DNA of 54,113 nucleotides from Omnitrophica bacterium GWA2_41_15 (GCA_919902445.1 CAKKQZ010000052.1:1-54113), one strand, 5' to 3'. Positions 24,160 through 33,449 are shown, counted from the stretch's first letter. The notes: a model not told the origin generated them from the sequence alone. Numbers and translations are program-made.

Positions 24160-24183
24160 GACGACATCCCAAAAATTTGGACA

Positions 24184-24579
24184 TTAAACCACTGTGGGTC
24201 CCTTTGTTTTCTCCTGCTCGTAGGCCTCCAAAACTTTTTTCTGTAAGTGTTCCCTGAATACCTGCGTTATAGGATGGGCGATATCTTTATGCTCCAATTG
24301 CGCGGTAGCTCCTGCTTCCGGGGTTACCGGGCGAACAGCCACAGGCAAGGGGCAAGCGCACTGGTTGCAAAATTTAGAGCGCAGTTCGTTCTTAAATGCG
24401 CACTTAGGGCAGGGCTGCTTTACTTTTCTTGAAGGCATGGCGATAAATAAGCCGCTTGTGCCATCTATCACTTTTATATTCCTGACTACAAAGGCATTGT
24501 CAAAGGTTACGGTGGCATATGCCTTTAGTTTTTTATCCGGTGAGTCCTTTAAAACCACCCTGACTTCTGTTATATCCAT
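24184..24579 (-). CDS. spoVG: SpoVG family protein with an inserted zinc-ribbon-like segment
   Basis: [12 protein letters not shown]...[36 protein letters not shown] ... DIAHPI. Start at ATG 24579 after GGAGG. CPKC...CNQC insert. Confidence 0.85.
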   Translation of the reverse strand: MDITEVRVVLKDSPDKKLKAYATVTFDNAFVVRNIKVIDGTSGLFIAMPSRKVKQPCPKCAFKNELRSKFCNQCACPLPVAVRPVTPEAGATAQLEHKDIAHPITQVFREHLQKKVLEAYEQEKTKGPTVV

Positions 24580-24604
24580 AGTTACCTCCGGTTGCAGAAA
24601 AACT

Positions 24605-25522
24605 TTAAACCGTCCTTGCGACAAAAACCCGCCAGGATTTCTCCTGCTTTTTAATTTCCCTGCTGACTCTAACGGCCTCCTTTCTGGAAGAAACAATACC
24701 GAACACTGCCGGACCGCTTCCGGACATCAAGATTGATTTAACGCCAAGGCCAGCGAGCCCCTCTTTAATCCTCCTAACTTGCGGATACTCACTTGCTGTA
24801 ACCTCTTCAAGGCTGTTATATAAAAGCAGGGGGATTAACGAAAAGGCTTTTTTTCTTAATGCCGAAAATATTATATTAACATCATATGCAGGGGTTGTCA
24901 ACCCAGAAAATTCCTGCCTGCCCTGCCTTGCCGGCAGGCGGGCGGCAGGGAGGGCATCCCACTTTTTATAAATCAGGGGGGTAGAGGCCTTTATTTTAGG
25001 GACAACCAGTATATGCCAAAGCCGTAAATCTTTAAGCCCTTCAAGGGGCGTAATTCTATCCCCGCGGTTTGAGCCTTTAGCAAAAGATGTATTATAAATA
25101 AAAAATGGAACATCGCAACCTACTTCCTTAGATAAAGTTACAAGCCTGCTTAAAGAAAGATTCACTTTCCAAAGCCTGTTTAAACCCAAAAACACGCTCC
25201 CTGCATTACTTGAGCCGCCTCCTAACCCTGCGCCGATAGGAATACTTTTTAGTATCTTTATATCCGCTCCCTTTTGAACTTTATACTTTTCTTGCAATAA
25301 CTTTGCGCCTTTGTAACAGAAATTAGTTTCATCTCTAGGAAGATCCGGATTAGCGCAAGATATCCTGATTAATTTATCGCGGCGCAGCTTCAGGGTTATA
25401 GTATCGTAAAGGTTTATTCTCTCAAAGAGGGTTTCGATATTGTGGTAATTATCAGGGCGTTTATTGAGGATTTGCAGGAAAAGATTTAACTTAGCGAAGG
25501 ATTTGACAATTAGGGTATTCAC
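24605..25522 (-). CDS. ispE: 4-diphosphocytidyl-2-C-methyl-D-erythritol kinase
   Basis: 305 aa. GHMP kinase motif [13 protein letters not shown] and N-terminal AKLNLFL. Confidence 0.9.
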   Translation of the reverse strand: MNTLIVKSFAKLNLFLQILNKRPDNYHNIETLFERINLYDTITLKLRRDKLIRISCANPDLPRDETNFCYKGAKLLQEKYKVQKGADIKILKSIPIGAGLGGGSSNAGSVFLGLNRLWKVNLSLSRLVTLSKEVGCDVPFFIYNTSFAKGSNRGDRITPLEGLKDLRLWHILVVPKIKASTPLIYKKWDALPAARLPARQGRQEFSGLTTPAYDVNIIFSALRKKAFSLIPLLLYNSLEEVTASEYPQVRRIKEGLAGLGVKSILMSGSGPAVFGIVSSRKEAVRVSREIKKQEKSWRVFVARTV

Positions 25523-25537
25523 TTAGAGGTAAGAAAA

Positions 25538-26464
25538 TTAAGAAACGATTCTCAGGGCTGCTTTTTCTATATCTGAGCTGGTAAGATTATATTCTTTCAA
25601 AAGCTCATCCGGCTCTCCTGACTGGCCGAACCTGTTTTTAACGCCCAGACAAATGACTTTTACAGGAAAAGATTCGGCAACCGCTTCCTGCACGCTTGAG
25701 GCAAGGCCTCCGATAACAGAATGCTCTTCGCAAACAAGGATTCTTTTAGTTTCTTTTGCTGCTTTTAAAATAGTATCGCTGTCAAAAGGCCTTATAGTGT
25801 GCAGATTAATAAGCCGGACCTTTATTCCTTTATTGATAAGGTTTTTTACTGCGTTAAGCGCCTCGTTAACCATAATACCGCAGGCAACTATGGTTAAATC
25901 ATCCCCTTCAGTAAGAACCTGTGCCTTCCCCAGTTTAAATTCTCCCGTATTTTCTATTGTCGGAACCTTCGGCCTTCCCAGGCGCACATAAAAAGGGCCT
26001 TTGCTGTTTGCTGCGGCAATTACGGCTTCGTGCGTCTGCGGGCCATCGCAAGGGACTATTATGCTCATATTCGGGATAACGCGCATTAACGCAATATCTT
26101 CTAATGCCTGGTGGCTTGCACCGTCCGGCCCCACGGAAACACCGGCGTGTGTTGCCACTATCTTGACATTCAAATTGCTGTAACTGATGGAATTTCTTAC
26201 CTGGTCCCACGCGCGGCCAGTTGCAAAGATTGCAAAAGTAGAAACAAATACGGTCTTATCGCAGCTTGCAAGGCCTGCGGCAGATGCCATCATATTCTGC
26301 TCTGCTACGCCAAAATTAAAAAATCTATCGGGAAATTCTTTTGCAAAGAGCCCTGTCCGCGTTGAGCTGGATAAATCGGCATCCAGGACCACAATGTCTT
26401 TGTTCTGCCTGCCTAACTCTACAAGCGTCTTACCATATACATCTCTTTGATATAACATTTCCAT
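25538..26464 (-). CDS. transketolase, C-terminal (pyrimidine-binding) subunit
   Basis: 308 aa. FNFGVAEQNM motif. Split-transketolase arrangement with the upstream gene. Confidence 0.88.
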   Translation of the reverse strand: MEMLYQRDVYGKTLVELGRQNKDIVVLDADLSSSTRTGLFAKEFPDRFFNFGVAEQNMMASAAGLASCDKTVFVSTFAIFATGRAWDQVRNSISYSNLNVKIVATHAGVSVGPDGASHQALEDIALMRVIPNMSIIVPCDGPQTHEAVIAAANSKGPFYVRLGRPKVPTIENTGEFKLGKAQVLTEGDDLTIVACGIMVNEALNAVKNLINKGIKVRLINLHTIRPFDSDTILKAAKETKRILVCEEHSVIGGLASSVQEAVAESFPVKVICLGVKNRFGQSGEPDELLKEYNLTSSDIEKAALRIVS

Positions 26465-26466
26465 TA

Positions 26467-27288
26467 TTACTCTAATTCCTTTAACGCCTTTTCTGCCTCT
26501 TCTTTTGTGGGTGCGCGGCCGTGGAAATCACAGACGTTTTCCATAAAGGATACACCTTTCCCCTTTATGGTATGCGCAATGATAATACTCGGTTTTCCCT
26601 TTGTTTCCCTTGCTTCATCGTAAGCTGATAAAATCTCATTTATATTGTGCCCATTTATCACAATTGTATGCCAACCAAATGCCTTCCATTTATCCGCGAT
26701 TGGCTCCAAATCCATAATATCGCATGTCTTTCCGTCTATCTGAAAGCCATTATAATCAAGTATCCCGCATAAATTATCGCACTTGTAATGAGCGCTCGCC
26801 ATAGCTGCTTCCCAGATATTGCCTTCCTGTATTTCTCCGTCACCCATTAAACAATAAACACGGTAATCCTTTTTATCAACTTTACCAGCCAGGCTCATTC
26901 CTAATGCAACAGATAAACCCTGGCCGAGCGAACCGGAAGCAACTTCAACTCCGGGTGTGCGCCTGTCAGGATGCCCCTGCAATAAAGAGCCCAACTGCCT
27001 TAAAGTCATGAGTTTTTCTGTCGGGAAATATCCTGATTCGGCCAACACAGAATACCATAAAGGCGCGCAATGTCCTTTGGACATATGAAATCTGTCGCGT
27101 TCAGGCCAATGAGGGTCTTTGGGATTGTGGCGAAGGGCTTTAAAAAATAAAGCTGTGATTAGGTCCGCCGCAGATAAGCTTCCTCCGGGGTGGCCTGAAC
27201 CGGCCCTGGCGATCATCTGCACAATCAGCCTGCGAATTTCTTTTGCCTTTACTTCTAAATCCTTGATTTGTTTTTCTGTATAAGCCAT
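26467..27288 (-). CDS. transketolase, N-terminal (ThDP-binding) subunit
   Basis: 273 aa. GHPGGSLS, GSLGQGLS and GDGEIQEGN. Confidence 0.88.
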   Translation of the reverse strand: MAYTEKQIKDLEVKAKEIRRLIVQMIARAGSGHPGGSLSAADLITALFFKALRHNPKDPHWPERDRFHMSKGHCAPLWYSVLAESGYFPTEKLMTLRQLGSLLQGHPDRRTPGVEVASGSLGQGLSVALGMSLAGKVDKKDYRVYCLMGDGEIQEGNIWEAAMASAHYKCDNLCGILDYNGFQIDGKTCDIMDLEPIADKWKAFGWHTIVINGHNINEILSAYDEARETKGKPSIIIAHTIKGKGVSFMENVCDFHGRAPTKEEAEKALKELE

Positions 27289-28259
27289 TATTTATTTATT
27301 TTTTCTAACTTCCCCCTGATTTTCTCCTCACCCGGGCTTAATTTTAAGGATTTCTGCCAGTTTAATTTTGCCTTTTCTTTGTCATGTACTTTTAAGTACG
27401 CTTCAGCTAGGTGATCGTATATAACATAGTCTTCCAGCAGAGAACTGGCCCTCTCTAATTCTTTTACGGCTTCTTTAAATTTACCCCTCCTAAAATAAAT
27501 CCAGCCCAAACTGTCAATATAAGCGCCGTTGTCGGGATCTAGTTGGAGCGCTTTTTTTATCATGGTTTCTGCCTGATCCAGGTTTTTATTTTCTTCGGCC
27601 CAAAGATAGCCCAGGTAATTCAAAGCCTCAGCAAAATCAGGCTTTAACCTTATTGTTTCCTTTAGCTCATTCTCAGACAGGTTATAATTTTTTAGCTCGT
27701 TATAAATACCGCCGAGGTAAAAATGCGCCTCAGGGTTTTCAGGAGCCAGCTCTATTATCAATTTATACGCGCCTTCCGCCTCTTTATATTTTTTCTGTTG
27801 CAGATAAAGAGCCCCCAGGCTTTTGTAAATCTCTATATTCTTTGGCTGCAGTTTTAAGGCATTCTCAAGGGCTGTCTCGTACTCTTCGGCTGCTGCCTTA
27901 AGTTTATCCTGCGAGGTGTACAGAAGAGCTAATATAGCGTGCGGCTCTATCACCTCAGGGTCAAGCCGTATTAGTGTTTTTAGCTCTTCTACTGCCTCCG
28001 GGATATTATCTTTTTTTATGTAGCTGGAGGCAAGATTAAGGTGTATTATTGATGCCTCTTCATCGAATTTTAGCGATTTTTTATATTCCTGGATAGCCGT
28101 GTCTATATCACCGGTGCCTTCGGAAATAACACCCATAATATAGTGGCTGATGGCAGAAGATGTTTTTTTATCTAAGGCAATGGAATCTGTTTTTACGATA
28201 AGCGCAGCCGCAAGGCAACACAACAGCAACAAAATAATTTGTTTAATACGGGAGGACAT
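27288..28259 (-). CDS. TPR-repeat protein with signal peptide
   Basis: 323 aa. N-terminal hydrophobic signal and repeated 34-aa TPR-like units (A..Y...L...P....A...LG). Confidence 0.7.
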   Translation of the reverse strand: MSSRIKQIILLLLCCLAAALIVKTDSIALDKKTSSAISHYIMGVISEGTGDIDTAIQEYKKSLKFDEEASIIHLNLASSYIKKDNIPEAVEELKTLIRLDPEVIEPHAILALLYTSQDKLKAAAEEYETALENALKLQPKNIEIYKSLGALYLQQKKYKEAEGAYKLIIELAPENPEAHFYLGGIYNELKNYNLSENELKETIRLKPDFAEALNYLGYLWAEENKNLDQAETMIKKALQLDPDNGAYIDSLGWIYFRRGKFKEAVKELERASSLLEDYVIYDHLAEAYLKVHDKEKAKLNWQKSLKLSPGEEKIRGKLEKINK

Positions 28260-28407
28260 AAAAAACAGTGGCCGCGATTAACCCCAGGCCCTCTTCTTCA
28301 AGTGGCGAAGACGGCGACGCATCTTCTTTCTTTTGTGGGTCCTGATCTTCCTTCTTTTTCTTTTTCTACCGCAAGGCATAATTCATCTCCCATGCAACAC
28401 TTTTCTT

Positions 28408-28480
28408 GTTGCGGGACAGTCACTCCTTACAAGGGACTGTCCCCGAAGGGGACTGTCCCTTGACAGTCCCTGGCCGCAAC
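28408..28480 (-). repeat. composite long hairpin built from four GGGACWGTC units downstream of hisG
   Basis: Outer stem GTTGCGG/CCGCAAC encloses GGGACAGTCAC, AGGGACTGTCCCC-gaa-GGGGACTGTCCCT and TGACAGTCCC. On the sense strand the apex is a UUCG loop. Confidence 0.8.
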
Positions 28481-28493
28481 ACTATTCTATCAC

Positions 28494-29378
28494 CTAATAA
28501 ATAACTTTATTCAAAGGGTATTCTATAATCCCTTGAGCGCCTGCATTTTTTAACTGCGGGATCAACACGCGCACAATTTTTTCGTCTATCACTGTCTCTA
28601 TGGCATACCAGCCATCCTCGGAAAGTGAGGAAACAGTAGGTTTTTTCAATGCAGGCAGGATAGCAGCCACTTTCTTCAAGTCATTCTTCCTGACATTCAT
28701 TTTTAAACCTACCTTTTCTTCGGCAGATATAGCTCCTTTTAAAAGCAGCGCGATCTGCTCCATCTTGGATTTTTTCCAGCTATTTCTAAAGGCTTGCTTA
28801 TTTGCGATAAACTGGGTAGTAGACTCGGCAATAGTGGCGATCTCCGCTAATTTATTCGCCATCAAGGAGCGGCCAGTTTCAGTCAACTCCACAATTGCAT
28901 CAACCAATCCAGCGCTTACCTTTACTTCGGTTGCCCCCCAGCTGAATTCTACTTCAACCTTTACTTTATTTTCTTTAAAATATTCCCTTGTAACGTTGAC
29001 TAATTCTGTGGCTATGCGCTTCCCTTCTAAATCCTTTACAGACTTCATCCCGGAGTCCTGAGGCACAGCCAGCACCCAACGCACTTTATTTAAACCCTGT
29101 TTGGCATAAGCTAAATCTGTTACCCTCACTACATCTGATTTATTCTCCAGTATCCAGTCGTTACCGGTAATCCCGCAGTCTAAGGCACCGTCCTGCACAT
29201 ACCTTGACATCTCTTGCGCCCGTAGTAATACCGGTTCTATCTCGCGGTCATCTATCGACGGAAAATAAGAACGCTCGCTGGATAAAGAAACATTAAATCC
29301 CGCTTTCCTGAATATCTTAAAGGTAGACTCTTGAAGGCTCCCCTTTGGCAAGCCTAATTTAAGCACTTTGTTTGGCAT
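28494..29378 (-). CDS. hisG: ATP phosphoribosyltransferase (long form)
   Basis: About 294 aa from [17 protein letters not shown]. The ORF-track start at 29393 is a GTG inside a repeat stem. Confidence 0.88.
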   Translation of the reverse strand: MPNKVLKLGLPKGSLQESTFKIFRKAGFNVSLSSERSYFPSIDDREIEPVLLRAQEMSRYVQDGALDCGITGNDWILENKSDVVRVTDLAYAKQGLNKVRWVLAVPQDSGMKSVKDLEGKRIATELVNVTREYFKENKVKVEVEFSWGATEVKVSAGLVDAIVELTETGRSLMANKLAEIATIAESTTQFIANKQAFRNSWKKSKMEQIALLLKGAISAEEKVGLKMNVRKNDLKKVAAILPALKKPTVSSLSEDGWYAIETVIDEKIVRVLIPQLKNAGAQGIIEYPLNKVIY

Positions 29379-29380
29379 TT

Positions 29381-29567
29381 TTAATGAGCCCACAACTTAC
29401 GGAACGACAGTGAACGTAAGTTGTTTGGGCGAATTATTGAGCACATAAAGTTTCTATTAGCGAAATCCCGCGTAAGCGGGGCTCCCGCATCTTGTTTTCC
29501 AAGGAAACAGCGGGAGAGGTTCAACCGCATAACTTATGGAGCGTAAACATAAGTTATCGGCACGGAC
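29381..29567 (-). repeat. hairpin cassette (modules D-C-B-A) forming the hisG 5' UTR
   Basis: A 29381-29435, B 29437-29481, C 29482-29518, D 29519-29567. Confidence 0.85.
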
Positions 29568-29571
29568 ATTA

Positions 29572-29600
29572 ATTATAACGGTATATTAATATTTTGTAAA
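29572..29600 (-). promoter_or_regulatory. sigma70-like promoter TTTACA-N17-TATAAT
   Basis: Minus strand: TTTACA (29600-29595), 17-nt spacer, TATAAT (29577-29572). Lies immediately upstream of the cassette. Confidence 0.55.
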
Positions 29601-29620
29601 GGTAAAAATAGCTATTTTTC

Positions 29621-30076
29621 TTAAACAGGGGGCTTTGAAAGCCGCTCTCTTACAAGTCCGCTTACAAGCGTTCCATCCGCCTGGCCGGAAACCTTAGCTG
29701 TAACCTCTTTCATTACTCTTCCCATATCCTTAATGCCTTGCGCGTTGGTAGAGGCAATAGCCTCTTCAATAACCTTCTTTATCTCATCTAAAGAAAGCTC
29801 GGCAGGAAGATAGGTTTTTAATATCCCTGCTTCTTTCTTCTCTTTTTGGGCCATCTCCAGGCGAGCGCCTTTTGTAAACTGCTCAATAGAGTCCTGACGC
29901 TGTTTAATCTGCTTTTTTATCACGGAAATCACTTCGCCATCATCGAGCTTCTCCTTTTTCTTTGCCAAGGCAAGATTCATCATATCCGCCCGCAAGAAAC
30001 TAAGGACAGAACTTTTCAGGGTATCCCTGTTTTTCATCGCTTCTTTATAGTCATTAAGGATTTTTTCTTCCAGCAT
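29621..30076 (-). CDS. GatB/YqeY domain protein
   Basis: MLEEKILNDYKEAMKNRD... is typical of YqeY. Start moved to ATG 30076 (AAAAGGGGGA upstream) because the longer ORF enters the 77-bp palindrome. Confidence 0.75.
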   Translation of the reverse strand: MLEEKILNDYKEAMKNRDTLKSSVLSFLRADMMNLALAKKKEKLDDGEVISVIKKQIKQRQDSIEQFTKGARLEMAQKEKKEAGILKTYLPAELSLDEIKKVIEEAIASTNAQGIKDMGRVMKEVTAKVSGQADGTLVSGLVRERLSKPPV

Positions 30077-30090
30077 CGCTTCCCCCTTTT

Positions 30091-30167
30091 TAGGGACGTT
30101 TCTCAACTTGAATATAAAGTGTCCCCTTTAAGGGGACACTTTACTAACGGCCTTAGAACCGTCCCTA
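30091..30167. repeat. 77-bp palindromic element, TAGGGACG...CGTCCCTA (copy 2)
   Basis: Same length, termini and inner GTGTCCCC/GGGGACAC arms as 9206-9282. Confidence 0.85.
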
Positions 30168-30172
30168 GTTTT

Positions 30173-31072
30173 TTAAAATAAAGTCAGGTTTCTGAATCTG
30201 GCAAGCCTTTTCTCCATGTCCTTTATACTTAAACGCGCTGTCCTCTTAAGCCCGAAATCTTCAATGTTAAATGATGCCGCTACTGTTCCGTAAGCAAGCG
30301 CCCTCTTTAAATTTAGCGCATTTATTTTTTTTGCCTTTGCAAGGTAACCCATGAATCCTCCGGCAAAGGTATCCCCTGCCCCTGTCGGGTCAATGACTTT
30401 ATCCGTAGGGTAAGCAGGCAGGGAAAAAATAAATTTATCGCTGTAAAATAAAACTCCGTGCTCGCCTTTTTTTATCAAGATCATTTTTGGGCCACGCGAG
30501 CGCAGGGATTTTGCCGCTTTGATTAAATTTACCTCTCCTGACAAGCTTCTTGCCTCCTGGTCATTTGCCACATAAATATCCACCTGTTTTAATAAGCGCA
30601 GCAGGGGCCTGCGCTTGTTATTTATCCAATAATTCATACTATCTGAAGCAACCAGCTGCGGTGAGCGCATATGGCTTAAGAGGTGGCTCTGTAGGTCAGG
30701 GTCAATATTCGCTAAGAATATATTTTTTATTCCCCTCTGTTCCTTAGAAACCGTGGGCTTAAAAGCCGAAAGCACCCCTAACTCCGTGCTTAAAGTCAGG
30801 GCTGTATTCAAATCACCCCTATATTCCCCAGACCATTTAAAGGTCTCACCCTTAGATTTGATAAGGGAAGTTAAGATTACGCCTTTTTGCCTTAAAAAAT
30901 CAATGTACTTTTCAGGAAAATCCTCTCCGACAATAGCTACAAGGTTTACTTGAGTAAATAAACGCGCGGCCATGGAAAAATGCGCTGCCGAGCCACCTAA
31001 CATATATTTTCCTTTTCCAAACGGAGTCTTGACAGTATCCAGCGCAACCGTCCCTAAAACTAAAATACTCAC
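30173..31072 (-). CDS. PfkB-family sugar/nucleoside kinase
   Basis: 299 aa. DPTGAGDTFAGGF motif. Confidence 0.8.
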   Translation of the reverse strand: MSILVLGTVALDTVKTPFGKGKYMLGGSAAHFSMAARLFTQVNLVAIVGEDFPEKYIDFLRQKGVILTSLIKSKGETFKWSGEYRGDLNTALTLSTELGVLSAFKPTVSKEQRGIKNIFLANIDPDLQSHLLSHMRSPQLVASDSMNYWINNKRRPLLRLLKQVDIYVANDQEARSLSGEVNLIKAAKSLRSRGPKMILIKKGEHGVLFYSDKFIFSLPAYPTDKVIDPTGAGDTFAGGFMGYLAKAKKINALNLKRALAYGTVAASFNIEDFGLKRTARLSIKDMEKRLARFRNLTLF

Positions 31073-31088
31073 CTTCTAACCCCTCCCC

Positions 31089-31865
31089 TTATTTACCTAA
31101 AGGCGCTAACCAAAACAAGGTTGCAATACATACCCTGTATATCCCGAATATAATAAAGTTATGCCTTTTAATAAACGTAAGTAAAAGTTTAATTGCTATT
31201 GCGGCAACGATAAACGACATACAAAAACCTGCGGATAAAAGAAAAAATTTACGGCTATCAAAGGCATTTGCGTTTCTTATTAAATCCAGCGCCGTAGCAG
31301 ACAGCAACGTAGGGATTGCCAAGAGAAAAGAAAATTCTACAATGGCCTTTCTTTTAAGCCCCAGAGAAAGGCCTCCGATGATTGTCGCAGCAGCGCGCGA
31401 AACACCCGGAATGATTGCAATAGACTGAAACAAACCGATACAGAATGACTGTTTATAGGAAATCCTGTCAATGGTATCTGCGGCATCTGCCTTTTCCCTG
31501 TAGAATAACTCAAAGATAATCAGCAGGATGCCACCGAGAAACAAAGACCAGAGTACAACCGCGTTGTTACCCAATAAAAAATTTTTAATCAGTTTGTATA
31601 AAATCAAACCGATGCAAGCCGTAGGTAGAAACGCTACAAAAATACGTTTCCAGATTTCCCGTCCTTTAACCAAAGTTTTCCAGTAAAGGACAACAACGGC
31701 AAGTATCGCGCCAAGCTGAATACCAATCTCAAAACTTTTCAGGAATTCTGTTTGTTTAAGATTCAATGCATGCGCGGTGAGTATAAGGTGCCCGGTTGAG
31801 GAAACGGGCAAAAATTCCGTTATTCCCTCTACAACTGCGAAAACTAAAACATGCAGTAGATTCAT
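31089..31865 (-). CDS. uppP: undecaprenyl-diphosphatase
   Basis: 258 aa membrane protein with VEGITEFLPVSSTGHL. Confidence 0.9.
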   Translation of the reverse strand: MNLLHVLVFAVVEGITEFLPVSSTGHLILTAHALNLKQTEFLKSFEIGIQLGAILAVVVLYWKTLVKGREIWKRIFVAFLPTACIGLILYKLIKNFLLGNNAVVLWSLFLGGILLIIFELFYREKADAADTIDRISYKQSFCIGLFQSIAIIPGVSRAAATIIGGLSLGLKRKAIVEFSFLLAIPTLLSATALDLIRNANAFDSRKFFLLSAGFCMSFIVAAIAIKLLLTFIKRHNFIIFGIYRVCIATLFWLAPLGK

Positions 31866-31868
31866 GCC

Positions 31869-32507
31869 TTACCCGCCCTTAGTAGTGTGTTTATCCAAAA
31901 ATTCTTTTAAGTCTTTTGGCAAATCAACATGCAAACTCAAAATATCTTTTCTGACAGGATGGGTAAATTCTAACCCCTTGGCATGGAGGCAGAGCCGTTT
32001 TGCTTTGATTAAAAAATCGCGCCTGAAAGCGTATTTTGTCTCCCCTAATATAGGATGCCCTATCTCTTTGAAATGTATCCTTATCTGGTTGGTGCGGCCG
32101 GTCAGGGGATTTACCTCTACAATAGCAAAATCTTTTCTTTTTTCAATAACTTTATATTTAGTTAAGGCGGCAACTCCCTCAATTGGGTTTTTTATATCAG
32201 CCTGAAGCTTAAAGGGAACCCCCGCAACAAAGGCGATATAAGTCTTCTTTACCTTCTTTAGCTTAAACTCCTCCATCATCTTTTTCTGTATCGATTTACC
32301 TTTTGCGTAAATAATCAGGCCTGAGGTTTCGCGGTCAAGGCGGTGACAGGGATGCAGCCGGTAGGGAATGCCTTTTTTTTGCAGGTCTTCATTAAGGAGG
32401 CCTGTAAGCGTGCGGGAATCTTTTCTTGGAGAGGGTATCACAAGGAGCCCTGGCGGTTTATCCAACGCCATCAGGTATTCATCCTCGTAAACAATTGGAA
32501 TATTCAT
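31869..32507 (-). CDS. RluA-family pseudouridine synthase
   Basis: 212 aa. HRLDRETSGL catalytic motif. Confidence 0.85.
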   Translation of the reverse strand: MNIPIVYEDEYLMALDKPPGLLVIPSPRKDSRTLTGLLNEDLQKKGIPYRLHPCHRLDRETSGLIIYAKGKSIQKKMMEEFKLKKVKKTYIAFVAGVPFKLQADIKNPIEGVAALTKYKVIEKRKDFAIVEVNPLTGRTNQIRIHFKEIGHPILGETKYAFRRDFLIKAKRLCLHAKGLEFTHPVRKDILSLHVDLPKDLKEFLDKHTTKGG

Positions 32508-32524
32508 CCCCCGTAGAAGCCTTC

Positions 32525-33448
32525 CTAAATTATTTCCAGCATTCTATCTATTGCCTTTTTGGCGCGCAGCCGTATATCCTCGGAGACCTTTACTTCCATT
32601 TTTAACTCCTCCAGGGCCCATAGTATTTTTTCCTGTGTGGTACGCTTCATATTCGGGCAGACAGCTGCTTCAGATGCAGCGTAAAATTCCTTTTCCTGAT
32701 TATCCTGCTTTAAGCGGTAAATAAGCCCTACTTCGGTTGCCACAATAAATTCTTTTGCAGAGTCTTCTTTGGCAAACTTAGCCATACCGCTTGTAGACAA
32801 GGCCGCATCTGCCATCGCCACAACAGAAGGAAGGCATTCGGGATGCGCCATTACCTTGGCAAAAGGATGGAATTTTCTCTCGCGCTTTATATCCTCAGGC
32901 AAGATCTTTACATGCGTAGGGCAGTACCCATTCCAGGAGATAAGTTTTTTCCCCGTCTTTTTTGAAACATAATCCGCAAGGTATTTGTCGGGTACAAAGA
33001 TTATATCCTTCTCGCCCTTCAAGGCATTTACTACTGAAACGGCATTGGTAGAGGTACAGCAATAGTCGAGCTCTGCCTTAACCTGCGCCGAGGTATTCAC
33101 ATAACCGACTACAACTGCTTTATTGTGCTCGCGCTTCAGCCTTCGAACATCTTCCGCATTAATCATATTTGCCATGGGGCAGCCTGCCTGTATATCCGGC
33201 ATTATCACTTTTTTATCCGGGCAAAGAATGGAAGCGGTTTCTGCCATAAAATGCACGCCGCAGAAAACGATAACCTTAGCGGATGTCTTTGCTGCCTGAC
33301 GGCTCAACTCCAGGGAATCCCCCCGGAAATCCGCGATATCCTGAACCTCGGGAAGCTGATAGTTATGCACCAAAATCACGGCGTCGCGCTTCTTTTTTAA
33401 TTCCTTTATTTTTTCCGCTATATCGTCTTGGAATAATTTCTTAAACAT
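32525..33448 (-). CDS. nadA: quinolinate synthase
   Basis: 307 aa. Overall NadA-like sequence (VILVHNYQLPEVQDIAD, conserved Cys residues). Confidence 0.88.
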   Translation of the reverse strand: MFKKLFQDDIAEKIKELKKKRDAVILVHNYQLPEVQDIADFRGDSLELSRQAAKTSAKVIVFCGVHFMAETASILCPDKKVIMPDIQAGCPMANMINAEDVRRLKREHNKAVVVGYVNTSAQVKAELDYCCTSTNAVSVVNALKGEKDIIFVPDKYLADYVSKKTGKKLISWNGYCPTHVKILPEDIKRERKFHPFAKVMAHPECLPSVVAMADAALSTSGMAKFAKEDSAKEFIVATEVGLIYRLKQDNQEKEFYAASEAAVCPNMKRTTQEKILWALEELKMEVKVSEDIRLRAKKAIDRMLEII

Positions 33449-33449
33449 C

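Noticed and set aside
23823-24178. Group I intron-containing or split/permuted tRNA-Gln.
   Set aside because: The inner gene (23988-24058) is a complete, well-formed cloverleaf. The outer pieces are only 18-bp terminal duplicates lacking D, anticodon and T arms. No intron core elements were recognised.
24580-24696. N-terminal 39-aa extension of the SpoVG ORF (ORF track start at 24696).
   Set aside because: It overlaps the ispE 3' end. The canonical SpoVG N-terminus MDITEVRV starts at 24579 with GGAGG upstream.
28290-28335. Tiny arginine-rich minus-strand ORF (MRRRLRHLKKRAWG) that loosely resembles a ribosomal mini-protein.
   Set aside because: It is only 14 codons long, has no RBS and matches no L34/L36-type sequence I know.
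29379-29600. Histidine attenuator (leader peptide) or T-box upstream of hisG.
   Set aside because: There is no run of His codons, no specifier or T-box sequence, and no terminator/antiterminator pair. The leader consists of the generic repeat modules.
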